A stretch of 64,000 nt of DNA from Salinispira sp. GTDB taxonomy: Bacteria > Spirochaetota > Spirochaetia > DSM-27196 > Salinispiraceae. The notes beneath the pieces are model-generated. The model was not told the DNA's origin. It did no database searches and saw nothing but the letters and a program-made list of their open reading frames with translations. How positions within the stretch are numbered: position 1 is the first letter of the stretch; every line of letters starts with the position of its first letter. Below, one piece after another: positions 45,760-55,927 of the stretch. The stretch covers positions 928,001-992,000 of the forward strand of contig OZ271918.1 in the NCBI GenBank assembly GCA_965602015.1, given 5' to 3'. Made by a program: the position numbers and the translations under genes.

Positions 45760-46868
45760 CGGGCGACAGACAGCTGATCGCCGATTTGACCGCCGCAGAG
45801 GGTATTCACTACTGGGGGGTGACCGATGCGCAGCCCGCCGCCCACGAGCTTGAGCACAGCAATTCCGCCAGGCGGGAATACCGGGAATGGATATCTCAGG
45901 GGCGCCACGGGACCATGGAATTTCTGGCCGCCCATGAAAAGATGAAATACGACCCCGGGGCCATCGTTCCCGGCGCGCAATCAGTCATTGTTTTTGCCCT
46001 GTCCTATTACCCCGGGCGGCGGACCGGAGAAGCCAAAAGAAACCCACTCACTGCGGAACTCCGGGAAGATCGGGGCGGCAGCGCCGAAGGTAAAATATCC
46101 ATGTATGCCCGGGGCCGGGACTACCACAAGGAATTCGGCCGGCGAATCAAACGGATTGCCGCCGAGTTGAGAAGAAGGTACCCCGGGGAAGGGTTTCGGG
46201 GCTTCACCGACACAGCGCCTCTCCAGGAACGCTGGTATGCCCAGAAGGCCGGCATGACCTTTACCGGACGCAACACCTTGAGTCTTCACCGGGAAATGGG
46301 CTCCTACTTTTTCCTCGGCGAGATTATCAGCACCCTGGCATTCGAGCCGACGGATATTCAAAGCGAAGCAATGAGCCACTGCCCCCGGGGCTGCACCCGA
46401 TGCATCGATGTCTGCCCCACCGCCGCCCTCGAAGCCCCATACCGGATAAATGCATCAACCTGCATCTCATACCTGACCATTGAGCACAAGGGCATGATCA
46501 AACCGGAGCTCATGGAAAAAATGGGCACCTGGCTCTTCGGCTGCGATTTATGTCAGGATGTGTGCCCCTTTAACATCAGGGCGAAGGTCAGCGATGTCGC
46601 AGCCTTCATAAACCCCATCAACGCGGGCCGGGTTGATTTGGCGGATCTGCTTGGCATGGAAGGCCATGATGATTTTACCCGCCGGTTTGCCGGAACCGCC
46701 GTCATGCGGACCGGCTGGAGGGGTATGCTAAGAAATGCCCTTATTGCGGCGGCGAACGGCGGGCACACTGAGCTGTTGCCAAGAATTGCCCGGCTTTGCT
46801 CTCACGCTGATGCCGTCGTATCCGCCACCGCTCGGTGGGCAGAAGGAAAACTGAAGCCTAGCGGATAG
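45756..46868 (+). CDS. queG: tRNA epoxyqueuosine reductase
   Basis: YARGRDYH, DTAPLQER, CTRCIDVCPT, CISYLTIE, FGCDLCQDVCP. ATG overlaps the nth stop. Confidence 0.95.
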   Translation: MTGDRQLIADLTAAEGIHYWGVTDAQPAAHELEHSNSARREYREWISQGRHGTMEFLAAHEKMKYDPGAIVPGAQSVIVFALSYYPGRRTGEAKRNPLTAELREDRGGSAEGKISMYARGRDYHKEFGRRIKRIAAELRRRYPGEGFRGFTDTAPLQERWYAQKAGMTFTGRNTLSLHREMGSYFFLGEIISTLAFEPTDIQSEAMSHCPRGCTRCIDVCPTAALEAPYRINASTCISYLTIEHKGMIKPELMEKMGTWLFGCDLCQDVCPFNIRAKVSDVAAFINPINAGRVDLADLLGMEGHDDFTRRFAGTAVMRTGWRGMLRNALIAAANGGHTELLPRIARLCSHADAVVSATARWAEGKLKPSG

Positions 46869-48035
46869 TCAGGGCCGCCTAATCCTGATCAGTCTGCCGT
46901 TTTGGGCGTCATCGGTAAGAACGTACAACATACTGTCGGGACCGATTCGCACGTCCCGTACCCGCTGCCCGACGGGTATTACCGATTCAGACAGGAATGC
47001 TCCGCTTTCGTTTACTGAGATTACATGGACCGACTGACTGCGTAGCCCGCCGGCATAAAGAATGCCCCCTTCGACAGCCAGGCCCGAAGGGGCGACCGTG
47101 TCTTCCCACACCAGGCGGGGGTCGGCGTACCCTTCAAGGGTTTGAAACCGGGAAACCGGGGTCCCCCTGAGGTATTCGCGGCTGTGGGAAACAAGAGGCC
47201 AGCCGTAATTCGAACCCGATTCTATGCTGTTGATTTCATCTCCACCTCTTGATCCGTGCTCGGTGGCCCAAACGGTGCCGGTTACCCGATCGATAGCCAG
47301 TCCCTGGATATTACGGTTGCCGAGGGTATACAGCTCGGGTCGAAATCCATCCTCACCGAGGAAGGGATTGTCTTCGGGCACCGATCCGTCGGCATTGATC
47401 CGCACAATGTTGCCGAACAGTGTGGTCGGTTCCTGTGCCTGTTCCCGCTGGAGCCCGTCGCCGAAGCGCAGCGGCGGATTTCCCCCGTCTCCGATGGCGA
47501 TGAGCAAGCTGCCGTCCGGGAGCCATACGAGCCGTGATCCGAAGTGTTGGGTGCCGGACTTGTACTCGTTATTGGCAAACACCAGCTGTCCGTCTGTGAG
47601 TGCGATTTCCGAGCCGTTCTCTTCGAGGCGGAACCGGGATACCTCAGTCCGGTTTGCATCGTCGGTTCCTGCGGCATAAGCCAGGTAGACATACCCGTCA
47701 TCGGCATAGTTCGGCGATATGCTCACGTCGAGCAAGCCCCCTTGCCCGGAGGCAAACACCGCCGGAGCACCGCTAACCTCTGTCAGCGCGAATGTTTGGG
47801 GAGAGGCAAGCACTAAGCGGCCCCCGCGTTCGGTAATCAGCATGCGGCCGTCAGGCAGCCAGGTAATTGACCACGGGCGGTTCATGCCTTCTATGAGAAT
47901 CTCCTGCTCGGCGGAAATCACCGGCTGTTCGCTCCAACGGCTCATGGAGACTTCGGATGCCAGGGTTCCGCAGGAGCTCAGCATCAGGGCAACGGCAAGT
48001 ACTGTAATTTTGGGAAGTGATCCTAGAGTTTTCAT
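46869..48035 (-). CDS. PQQ-dependent sugar dehydrogenase (GSDH/YliI family) lipoprotein
   Basis: Lipobox LSSC; PWSITWLPDG, GQGGLLD, HFGSRL, GNRNIQG, EHGSRGGDE, NYGWP, APSG, RVRDV. Confidence 0.92.
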   Translation of the reverse strand: MKTLGSLPKITVLAVALMLSSCGTLASEVSMSRWSEQPVISAEQEILIEGMNRPWSITWLPDGRMLITERGGRLVLASPQTFALTEVSGAPAVFASGQGGLLDVSISPNYADDGYVYLAYAAGTDDANRTEVSRFRLEENGSEIALTDGQLVFANNEYKSGTQHFGSRLVWLPDGSLLIAIGDGGNPPLRFGDGLQREQAQEPTTLFGNIVRINADGSVPEDNPFLGEDGFRPELYTLGNRNIQGLAIDRVTGTVWATEHGSRGGDEINSIESGSNYGWPLVSHSREYLRGTPVSRFQTLEGYADPRLVWEDTVAPSGLAVEGGILYAGGLRSQSVHVISVNESGAFLSESVIPVGQRVRDVRIGPDSMLYVLTDDAQNGRLIRIRRP

Positions 48036-48150
48036 CTTCTAAAGATACAAAGATCGGACGCAGGGGTGAACTCAAAGCGAAACAGCTAGCGCTAATGACG
48101 GTTTTGGTGCCGAACCATTGTTCCGCTTTTCCATTCACTGCATTCTTCTG

Positions 48151-49191
48151 CTACGGAGTACCCTTCAGGCTTGAAACAAAGCTTTCTAAACGCTCGTCGA
48201 GATTGTCGGATTTGAGGCGGTAATAAATCCGTTTGTTTTCTCCCAGACGGATCGACACTATGTTCTGAGCGGCCAGCATATTCATATGGTAGCTCATAGT
48301 CGCCTTGGTCACCGACAGGGCTTCGGCAAGCTCCGCAGCATAGTACTCCCGGCGGGCCACCAGCTTCACGATTTCGATTCGGGTCTCGTCGGCCAGTGCC
48401 TTGAAAAACCGGGCCTTTCTATGGGTATCGTACTCGGGGTCAAAGAGCCGCTCGAGATTGTAATTATAGAAGCAGTGCACCGAATCCCTGCCGGGGTAGT
48501 ATGATATTCGTCCGGTGTTAAGATACCCCAGGTAGAAGCGGTAGCTCAGATTATCACTGTGAATGATCTGGGTGAAATCCACCTTGATGATCTCCCTCAT
48601 AAATTCATCACGGTGCTCCTTTAGCAGGCGCTGATGACGGGGGCGAATCTCCTCCAGCTGCTCTGCGATGAATGATTCTTCAGCCTTGAAGAAGCTCTCA
48701 TACATTCTGTCAAGGAATCCGAGAAACCGTTCATAGGTTTCAACGGGGTACTTCTTCATTTCACGGTAACTGCGCAGTACCGATTCCCCCTCGTCCAGAG
48801 CCCGGTAGGCTTTTTCCATCTCCTTGAACTTCTCTTCCTCGCCTTTACCTTCGTCGATTCCGCCCAACCGGGTGTCGGCCAGCACCAGCTCGATAAACTG
48901 CTGGGCATCGATTGATCCGAGATATTTCCGAAACGCCGTAAAATCGGGGTAACGGCTGAGAGTAGCCGGTTGGGTAAAAACCGAGGGATAAAATGCATTG
49001 CTCTTGTAAAAGGTCTTTAGGTCGCTTCGCAGCAGGGGAGTGAGATCTTCCAGGCAGGATGAGACGAACTCGTGAGTCCGCTCATCCAGCATTTCTTCCG
49101 CCTGGGGTTTTTTGTAGAACTTCCTGAAATTCGCCAGGCCTTCGAGAAACTGGTGAAATTCCAGCAACATGCTGCTGCGTATTTCTTCCAT
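48151..49191 (-). CDS. Transcriptional regulator with C-terminal ArsR/SmtB HTH
   Basis: FKALADETRIEIV...ELAEALSVTKATMSYHM; long N-terminal domain. Confidence 0.87.
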   Translation of the reverse strand: MEEIRSSMLLEFHQFLEGLANFRKFYKKPQAEEMLDERTHEFVSSCLEDLTPLLRSDLKTFYKSNAFYPSVFTQPATLSRYPDFTAFRKYLGSIDAQQFIELVLADTRLGGIDEGKGEEEKFKEMEKAYRALDEGESVLRSYREMKKYPVETYERFLGFLDRMYESFFKAEESFIAEQLEEIRPRHQRLLKEHRDEFMREIIKVDFTQIIHSDNLSYRFYLGYLNTGRISYYPGRDSVHCFYNYNLERLFDPEYDTHRKARFFKALADETRIEIVKLVARREYYAAELAEALSVTKATMSYHMNMLAAQNIVSIRLGENKRIYYRLKSDNLDERLESFVSSLKGTP

Positions 49192-49196
49192 ATTGA

Positions 49197-50465
49197 TTAT
49201 GCCGCCTCTGGTTGTTTGTGATCGGGTATGTCCGCCAGGGCCCGGGATCTCCACTGCAATACTACTATGCCCATGGTAATCACGCTACTGGCAACCAGAA
49301 TCGCTGATGGAGATACTCGTTCGGTGAGGGCTCCGAACAGCAGGTAGGCCAGCGGGGTGATTCCCCCCGCCATGGTCTGCAGGATGGACATTACCCTGCC
49401 CAAATAGCTGCGGTCGACGGTGGTCTGGAGAAAGACGCCCAGGGGAATGTTTATGGCGGTGGCGGAAGCGCTGAGAATGAAACCAAAAAGGGAAATCAAC
49501 GCAATCGAAATCCATTGCCCGGGAATTGCAGAGTGCAGCGAGAGTCCCACCGCGGCGAAAGCAACAGCAAGGGAGGATAGCCACATGACGAGGTGGCGCC
49601 GGGAGAAGCGGCTGTTTACTTTGGCTATCAGAATTGAACCGCCGAGGGATCCCAGGGAGACCACTGCCATCATGCTGCCGTAAATCTGATCGGAAATGCC
49701 GCGCACCTGAACAATTCCGAATGGTAAAACAACTGCAATGGCCGTCAGAAAGAAGTTCAGAAAAAGCGCCATAAAGGCGATGTTTCTGATGATCCGGTCT
49801 TTCATAAAATAGGCGAAACCACCTTTCAAATCAGCAAAGAAGCTTTTTGTCCGCTTCATCGCTTTTTCACCGGCGTTAAAGCGGAAATCGATAAACACTT
49901 CAGAGACCGCTGACATAAAAAATGAGATGCCGTTTATCAGCAGAAAAACCGAGATGGGAACCAGGGCGAAGATGATACCCCCTATGATGGGAGATACAAG
50001 TTGAATGATACTGGCGAACGAGTGAGTTGCGGCATTCAGTCGTGTTAGACGTTCCTGCTTGACGATGTCCACCGCGGCCGAGCTGAAGGTGCTTGATAGA
50101 AACGTCGATGTCACCGACAGGACCAGGGTGGCGCCGTAAATCATGCCGAGAGTGAGGCTGTTTGCCATGGCGTAAAAGTAGATACCAACCATCACTACCG
50201 CGCTGACAAGATCAGCAGTTACGATGATGGCTTTTTTATTCAAACGGTCAGCCCAGTTCCCCGCGAAGGGCCCAAGAAGAACGCTTGGGAGCACGCCCAG
50301 CATAAGGGTAATTCCGAAGCTCTGACCCGAGCCGGTGAGCCTGAGCACATACAATCCGATGGCAAAGGTGTATATCTGACTGCCAAACAGCGAAACTGCC
50401 TGCCCGCAAATCGCGAGAAAAAAATTCGAGCGCTCCCTGACGCCCATGGCATTACTGGTATCCAT
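49197..50465 (-). CDS. MFS transporter (efflux type)
   Basis: About 12 TM segments; GQAVSLFGS, motif A AGNWADRLNKK, YLGRV; AAGGAG RBS. Confidence 0.92.
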   Translation of the reverse strand: MDTSNAMGVRERSNFFLAICGQAVSLFGSQIYTFAIGLYVLRLTGSGQSFGITLMLGVLPSVLLGPFAGNWADRLNKKAIIVTADLVSAVVMVGIYFYAMANSLTLGMIYGATLVLSVTSTFLSSTFSSAAVDIVKQERLTRLNAATHSFASIIQLVSPIIGGIIFALVPISVFLLINGISFFMSAVSEVFIDFRFNAGEKAMKRTKSFFADLKGGFAYFMKDRIIRNIAFMALFLNFFLTAIAVVLPFGIVQVRGISDQIYGSMMAVVSLGSLGGSILIAKVNSRFSRRHLVMWLSSLAVAFAAVGLSLHSAIPGQWISIALISLFGFILSASATAINIPLGVFLQTTVDRSYLGRVMSILQTMAGGITPLAYLLFGALTERVSPSAILVASSVITMGIVVLQWRSRALADIPDHKQPEAA

Positions 50466-50635
50466 AATCACTCCTTTTTCAAACATCTTGAAGTTCAATG
50501 ATTGTCTAACACATATAGTGTAAAACAAGCGCCTACTTCGGGCAAGAGAAATTATCATAAAATACCCGCGGTCTGCCCCGAAAACGGATAACATGCGGAA
50601 GACAGAAGCGGAAGAGCGCTAAAATGCGTGTCTAT

Positions 50636-50665
50636 GTGCGATGGGTGCGATGGGTGCGATGGGTG
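50636..50665 (+). repeat. 9-bp intergenic tandem repeat (GTGCGATGG) x3.3
   Basis: Directly visible between the MFS gene and pyrD. Confidence 0.85.
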
Positions 50666-50749
50666 AGTGGCCCGCGGGGGGTGTGGCGTATGCGATCGGC
50701 GCGATGAATGAAAGGCGGGTCAACTCTGTTATTGCAGCGCCGGATGTCC

Positions 50750-51673
50750 TTATATAACACTGCGGGGAAGAAATTGATGGAAATCCTCGATGCACTGCAG
50801 ACCGTGTTCGGTCATATAGTCCCGGATTCCCTTTAGAATTTCCTTTCCCGCCGCAGGATTGACGAAGTTAATGGTTCCCAGCTGAATGGCGCTCGCTCCG
50901 GCCAACAGGTATTGAATGGCCTGATCGGCGTCAGATATCCCACCGAGTCCGATTACCGGAATCTTCACCGCTCTACTCACCCGGTAGGTAGCCGCCAGAC
51001 CCACGGGAAACACCGCGGGACCGGACAAGCCGCCGGTTCCCGTGGCCAGCACCGGCCGCTTGCTGCGGGTATCGATTACCATCCCCACAAGGGTATTGAT
51101 GCAGCTCACCGCGTCTGCGCCGCCGGCTTCAGCAGCCCGGGCTATTCCCCCGATATCAGTGACATTCGGGCTGAGTTTTATCACCAGCGCTTTTTTGGTC
51201 GATTTTCTAAGGGTAGAGGTTACTTCCTCCACCATGGCCGGGTCGGTCCCCAGGGCCATGCCGCCGCATTTCACATTGGGGCAGCTGAGATTGACTTCGT
51301 ATCCCGACAGCGGCGCGTGCTCCTCCAGGTACTCCAGGGTTTCCAGGTAGTCTTCGAGCTGGCTGCCCGCCAGATTCACCATAACCGCAGTTTTGTATTT
51401 TTTGAGCATCGGGTATTTTTCGCGTACAAATCGCCGGCTGCCCACATTCGCCAGTCCGATGGAATTCAGCATGCCCGCAGTGGTTTCGACAATCCTTGGA
51501 ATCATGTTGCCCGGACGGGGTTCGAGGGTAACGGCCTTGGTGTACAGGGCTCCCAGGGAATCTACGTCGATGAGCTGCTCGTACTCGCTTCCGTACCCGA
51601 AGGTGCCCGAGGCGACCCCCACCGGGTTCTGCATGGTCAAGGCGCCGAGGCGGATGGACAGGTCTAATGCCAT
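50750..51673 (-). CDS. pyrD: Dihydroorotate dehydrogenase B, catalytic subunit
   Basis: ASGTFGYG, MLNSIGLAN, NLSCPNV, KLSPNV, INT, GGLSG. Confidence 0.96.
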   Translation of the reverse strand: MALDLSIRLGALTMQNPVGVASGTFGYGSEYEQLIDVDSLGALYTKAVTLEPRPGNMIPRIVETTAGMLNSIGLANVGSRRFVREKYPMLKKYKTAVMVNLAGSQLEDYLETLEYLEEHAPLSGYEVNLSCPNVKCGGMALGTDPAMVEEVTSTLRKSTKKALVIKLSPNVTDIGGIARAAEAGGADAVSCINTLVGMVIDTRSKRPVLATGTGGLSGPAVFPVGLAATYRVSRAVKIPVIGLGGISDADQAIQYLLAGASAIQLGTINFVNPAAGKEILKGIRDYMTEHGLQCIEDFHQFLPRSVI

Positions 51674-52515
51674 GAGATATACCCTCCGGGGAAGATCGGA
51701 CCTTCCTTGCAGACCCGGGCGTAGCGGCTTTCGTCATTTACGGGTACGACGCAGCCCATGCAGGCCCCCACGGCGCAGCCCATGGTTTGCTCCATGGAAA
51801 CCCACAGGGGAATCGCCCGTGCGCTGGCCCAATCCCATGCGGCCTTCATCATCGCGTGGGGACCGCAGGCGTAGAGCTCGTAGGTATCAGGGGAGTCGCC
51901 GCTGTGCCCAAGATATTCTTCAAGGGCTTCAAGGATGTTACCCGAAAAGCCGTCTGCCAGGCTGCCGTCGTCGGTGGCGCATACAACCTCCCCCGAAGTC
52001 AGGGGAGCGGTATCGGGAATCAGCGAGGCGCTCCGGGCTCCCAGCAAAAGCAGGGGATTCCTTCCGCGGCGGATCAGGTCGTTTTGAAAAAAGAACATGG
52101 GGCCCATGCCGATGCCGCCGGCGAGCAGAACGGGCCTGCGATGTGATCCGGCATCGCTTTTTGGCGAATAGTTGCCGGAGCGCGGCGCAGGGGGGGGGTC
52201 GACGGCCGACGGCAGGGGAAAGCTGTTGCCCAGGGGACTGAGAATATCCAGGGTATCGCCGGAAACCGCAGCGCTTAACATGGCCGTCGCGCTTCCCCGC
52301 TTTTGGTATATGATGCCAGCGGTTCCCGTATCCTCATCCCAGCGTGAGAAGGCGAACGGGCGGCGCAGCAACGGCACATTGCCCGAGCTTACCCGTATGG
52401 TGAGAAACTGGCCGGGAACCGGCGCGGTCGAACCCTCGGGCAAAACGAAGCGAAGCTCGTAGTAACCCTCCGATATCCTGTTATTGCTTTGAACCACTGC
52501 TTCTATGTGTTGCAT
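51664..52515 (-). CDS. pyrK: Dihydroorotate dehydrogenase electron-transfer subunit
   Basis: PGQF, LRRPF, AGGIG, ACGP, MGCAVGACMGC...VCKEGP. Confidence 0.95.
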   Translation of the reverse strand: MQHIEAVVQSNNRISEGYYELRFVLPEGSTAPVPGQFLTIRVSSGNVPLLRRPFAFSRWDEDTGTAGIIYQKRGSATAMLSAAVSGDTLDILSPLGNSFPLPSAVDPPPAPRSGNYSPKSDAGSHRRPVLLAGGIGMGPMFFFQNDLIRRGRNPLLLLGARSASLIPDTAPLTSGEVVCATDDGSLADGFSGNILEALEEYLGHSGDSPDTYELYACGPHAMMKAAWDWASARAIPLWVSMEQTMGCAVGACMGCVVPVNDESRYARVCKEGPIFPGGYISWH

Positions 52516-52523
52516 CGGATGCA

Positions 52524-53240
52524 CTATACCGCGGGCTTCCGGTTCTGGACAAGATCGACCTGTACCATGGAATCCCAGCGGACCGAGAGTGATTGTCCGT
52601 CGCCTGTCTCGGAGAACAGTTCGACGGCGTGTACGCTGCACCGTCGAAACCGCCGCTGTGCCGGCGGTATGGTGCTTTCCAGAAAATCGGGCAGCCGGGA
52701 TAAAATCTGATGCAGTCGGGACTCAAACGCCCCTGCAGACCTATCCTCCACTATTCCGACGGGAAGCAGGGCCTGTTCGGCGGGAAAAACCGAAAGGTCC
52801 CGCAGATTCATCCCGACCTCGCCCAGGCCCGGGGAGAAGCTCCAGGCGCGCAGATCGGGGACAGCGCCCCCTCGGACTGCACAGGGTACGGCAAAAATAG
52901 TATGACCTCTTACCAGGTCCGGAAGGCTCACAAAAATTCCTGTAGGAGCAAGTTCAACCGCGGGAGAGTAAAAACGCCCGGAGCTGCGGTCCCGCCGTAC
53001 AATCCGGGGCGCATCGGTTATATGCCGGCGGGCCCAAAATGGCGGCTGGCGTGCCGGCAGCGGTTCGTATCCGCTCCCTTCAAGAAGCAGCCAAGGAGGT
53101 AGTGCGAGGAAATTCAATTCAGACCTCATTCTACCCGGCATCGTCTTGAATATGGCGTGCCTGAGGGACTCCATGGCCCTCAGTATTTGAGCTTCCGGTT
53201 CGAGCCACAATCCATATGTGATTTGCACCCTGCTATTCAC
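52524..53240 (-). CDS. Hypothetical protein
   Basis: 238-aa ORF filling the gap upstream of pyrK; no recognisable motif. Confidence 0.5.
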   Translation of the reverse strand: MNSRVQITYGLWLEPEAQILRAMESLRHAIFKTMPGRMRSELNFLALPPWLLLEGSGYEPLPARQPPFWARRHITDAPRIVRRDRSSGRFYSPAVELAPTGIFVSLPDLVRGHTIFAVPCAVRGGAVPDLRAWSFSPGLGEVGMNLRDLSVFPAEQALLPVGIVEDRSAGAFESRLHQILSRLPDFLESTIPPAQRRFRRCSVHAVELFSETGDGQSLSVRWDSMVQVDLVQNRKPAV

Positions 53241-53290
53241 CCGTGATATACTTCCCCTGCACCAAATTTGTCATTTTGAGGGTATAGAAA

Positions 53291-54052
53291 GTGAAGCGTA
53301 AAATCCAGCAGTCCCTGGACCAAATCGTACAGGTCCTCCGGGAATGGGACTCAATCGATACCCTGACGCATATTCAAATCAGCGATGACATCTACGATCC
53401 CTATTTCTTTATAAGCCTGGACGTCTACTACCGAGGTGAAATTCCCGACAGCAAGAAGCGGAGCGAAATGTTCGATTTCGCCGGAGGAGTGGAAACCTCG
53501 GGATTTAACCGCAAGGACCGCTTTCTCGTCGATGACATTCCGTTTCGCCTGGAATATAAGGACATACAGCGCTTCGAGAGCATTATAGCGGATTCCAAAG
53601 CCAATGCCGTGGCAATTCGCGATTCCGGCACCTATATGTTTCACCGGATTATGATTTCCCAGGTGATCTTCCAAAAGACTTCCTGGATAGACGGCGCTCG
53701 GAACGATCTTCGGGATTTATCCGAAGACTTTTGGCAGGGCGCCCGGGCCAGCGCCCAGGTAAGCATGGAGCATTACCTGGGCGACCTCTCTGCCGCGGTA
53801 ATCCGGGAGGATGATATCTTTTATTACGTCTCCCTGTCGGGTTTTATTAAGTCAGCGCTCAGAACCCTCTTCGCGCTTAACCGGACATTCGAACCCTCCC
53901 CGCGCTTAATAAGCGACAAGGCTATCAATCTCGAAATTCTGCCGGATTCCTTCAACGGACTGCTGGAGAGTCTGCTGAGAAGGGAGGACGGACCCCTTAC
54001 CCGTAAACGGGAAATCGCCGAGTTACTTGCCAAACGGATTATTCAGCTCTAA
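53291..54052 (+). CDS. DUF4037-like protein
   Basis: YDPYFFISLDVYY and LFALNRTFEPS patterns, recalled from spirochaete proteins. Confidence 0.65.
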   Translation: MKRKIQQSLDQIVQVLREWDSIDTLTHIQISDDIYDPYFFISLDVYYRGEIPDSKKRSEMFDFAGGVETSGFNRKDRFLVDDIPFRLEYKDIQRFESIIADSKANAVAIRDSGTYMFHRIMISQVIFQKTSWIDGARNDLRDLSEDFWQGARASAQVSMEHYLGDLSAAVIREDDIFYYVSLSGFIKSALRTLFALNRTFEPSPRLISDKAINLEILPDSFNGLLESLLRREDGPLTRKREIAELLAKRIIQL

Positions 54053-54061
54053 ATTACTGGC

Positions 54062-55927
54062 ATGAAAATCCGTATAGCTCTTGCACTCCTTGTCATCGTG
54101 CTTTCCATCAGTCTGTCTTCCTGTCTGGGAGAGCGTATTGAATACCAAAACGCAGGGGCCGGCGAACCGGTCAACCTGCGGCACCGCATCGGTCGAGACG
54201 GCGAGGTGAGCATCAGGTTCCCCGACGGCATGTTGCTTTCTTCTCAGGAATATATCGCTTTCGGCATCGCCCAACCCGGAACGGATATCCTGATTACCAT
54301 TGAGGGCATGGTCCCGGACAGCGACTCGAACCCGTCGGAAGAGCAAACCCGGATTTCCCGCCACCGCTTCTCGGCTCCCATCGGAATAGCCCGGGAACAG
54401 GGCGTTCTGGAAATGCTCGTCTATCATCATCCCGATATGATAATTCAGAGCGCGACCATCGAAGCGGCGCTGGACGGCGAGACCGATGAAAGCCCTGAAC
54501 TGACCCTTCTCTCGGTGAGACGCTACGCCGAGTCGCCGGGACTGCTTCTCGATGACCTTCGTATTGTACTGCCCGAGGATTTTCGATACCGGCAGGAAAT
54601 ACAAAGCGCCTCCGGCGGCGATAATGATGCGGATCAGCCGGGAATCGCCGTGTTTCAGGATGTATTTCTCGATGAACTTTTAGCCGACTTTGACTACCTG
54701 AATTATGTGCCGGTGCTTGAGCTGGGCTATGAATATGCCCAGCCGGAAAGCGGAATGCCCGTGAGTTTTGACGATGCGTATCTCGCCGGCGATCGAAACT
54801 ATCCCGATCCGGCCCCGCCGCTTGCCAGGATCGACATGCTGCCGGGGTCCCTCGATCTCAGTGATTCCCACAGCTTCGAACTGAGGCTGCGGCCCGGAAG
54901 GCAACAGGTGTATATCTATCCGGAAATGCTGGGGGAAGCAAACGGCCTTCTGCGTTTTTCCCACGACAGTTTGTACGGCAGAATGAGATCGCTCCGTCTG
55001 CTCTCAATGCCCCGTCAAAGCGCTGCTTCCTCTGCGGCCCTTTCGTCCGACAATGATTCCTGGCCCCTGCCTGCGCCCCTTCCCATAGACCTCGGGCAGC
55101 TGATGGAGTACTCCCAGGCGCTGTGGCGGCAGCCCCGGCTCGAACTGTTCAGCTGGAATCTGTTTCCCGGCGTGCTTATGTTTGATTTCGCCGATTATCC
55201 TACCCAGGCCCGGTATTTAAAGCGGCTGGCCTTTTACGTGGAGAAGCAGGGATTCAGGGGAACATTGCTGACCAATGCTCAGCTCAGCGGCAGGCACGGA
55301 TGGAATGCCCATAATTACCGTCCCGTCGACCTGGCCCGGTTCTTTAACCAGGCGGCCAGGGAAAATTTCACCTTGAATCCCGAGGAGATCCATCTGCGGG
55401 AAATCCTCGAGGATAACGGGCTGCTCACCCTCTCCTCCGGGGAATACCGGCCGGGACCCGGTGCGATAATCTCGGTAACCAGTCACCCCTTGCAGACCCG
55501 TGCTTCCCGAAGGCTGTTTCTCAACCACGAAGGGCTGCACGGACTCTTTTACAACGATGAAATTCTTCAGGAAATGAGTGAGGATCTCTGGGCGTCCTTT
55601 CCCGATGATATCCGACGATACATGGAGTTTTACTTTGTCTACATGGGCTATGACCCGGTGGACGAGTATCTGATGATAAACGAGTTTCAGGCCTACATGC
55701 TCCAGCAGGACATAATCAATCTGAGGTGGCTGGTGCAGACCCGAATGGCCGAACGCATCGTGCGTCGGTTTCCATCGGAGCGTTCGTTTATTTACGCGAA
55801 CAACGAGGAAAGCGGCTGGAGAATGCTCGAGTCAGGAGAGATCTTACAGTCACACATTTATCAGACCAGGGGCTTGGTGGCAGGTGATCTGTTCTGTCTG
55901 GTTGACAGGCCGTCGCAGCTAAATTGA
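54062..55927 (+). CDS. Hypothetical lipoprotein with HEXXH motif
   Basis: Lipobox LSSC; C-terminal domain RLAFYVEK, HGWNAHNY, HEGLHGLF, NEFQAY. Confidence 0.75.
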   Translation: MKIRIALALLVIVLSISLSSCLGERIEYQNAGAGEPVNLRHRIGRDGEVSIRFPDGMLLSSQEYIAFGIAQPGTDILITIEGMVPDSDSNPSEEQTRISRHRFSAPIGIAREQGVLEMLVYHHPDMIIQSATIEAALDGETDESPELTLLSVRRYAESPGLLLDDLRIVLPEDFRYRQEIQSASGGDNDADQPGIAVFQDVFLDELLADFDYLNYVPVLELGYEYAQPESGMPVSFDDAYLAGDRNYPDPAPPLARIDMLPGSLDLSDSHSFELRLRPGRQQVYIYPEMLGEANGLLRFSHDSLYGRMRSLRLLSMPRQSAASSAALSSDNDSWPLPAPLPIDLGQLMEYSQALWRQPRLELFSWNLFPGVLMFDFADYPTQARYLKRLAFYVEKQGFRGTLLTNAQLSGRHGWNAHNYRPVDLARFFNQAARENFTLNPEEIHLREILEDNGLLTLSSGEYRPGPGAIISVTSHPLQTRASRRLFLNHEGLHGLFYNDEILQEMSEDLWASFPDDIRRYMEFYFVYMGYDPVDEYLMINEFQAYMLQQDIINLRWLVQTRMAERIVRRFPSERSFIYANNEESGWRMLESGEILQSHIYQTRGLVAGDLFCLVDRPSQLN

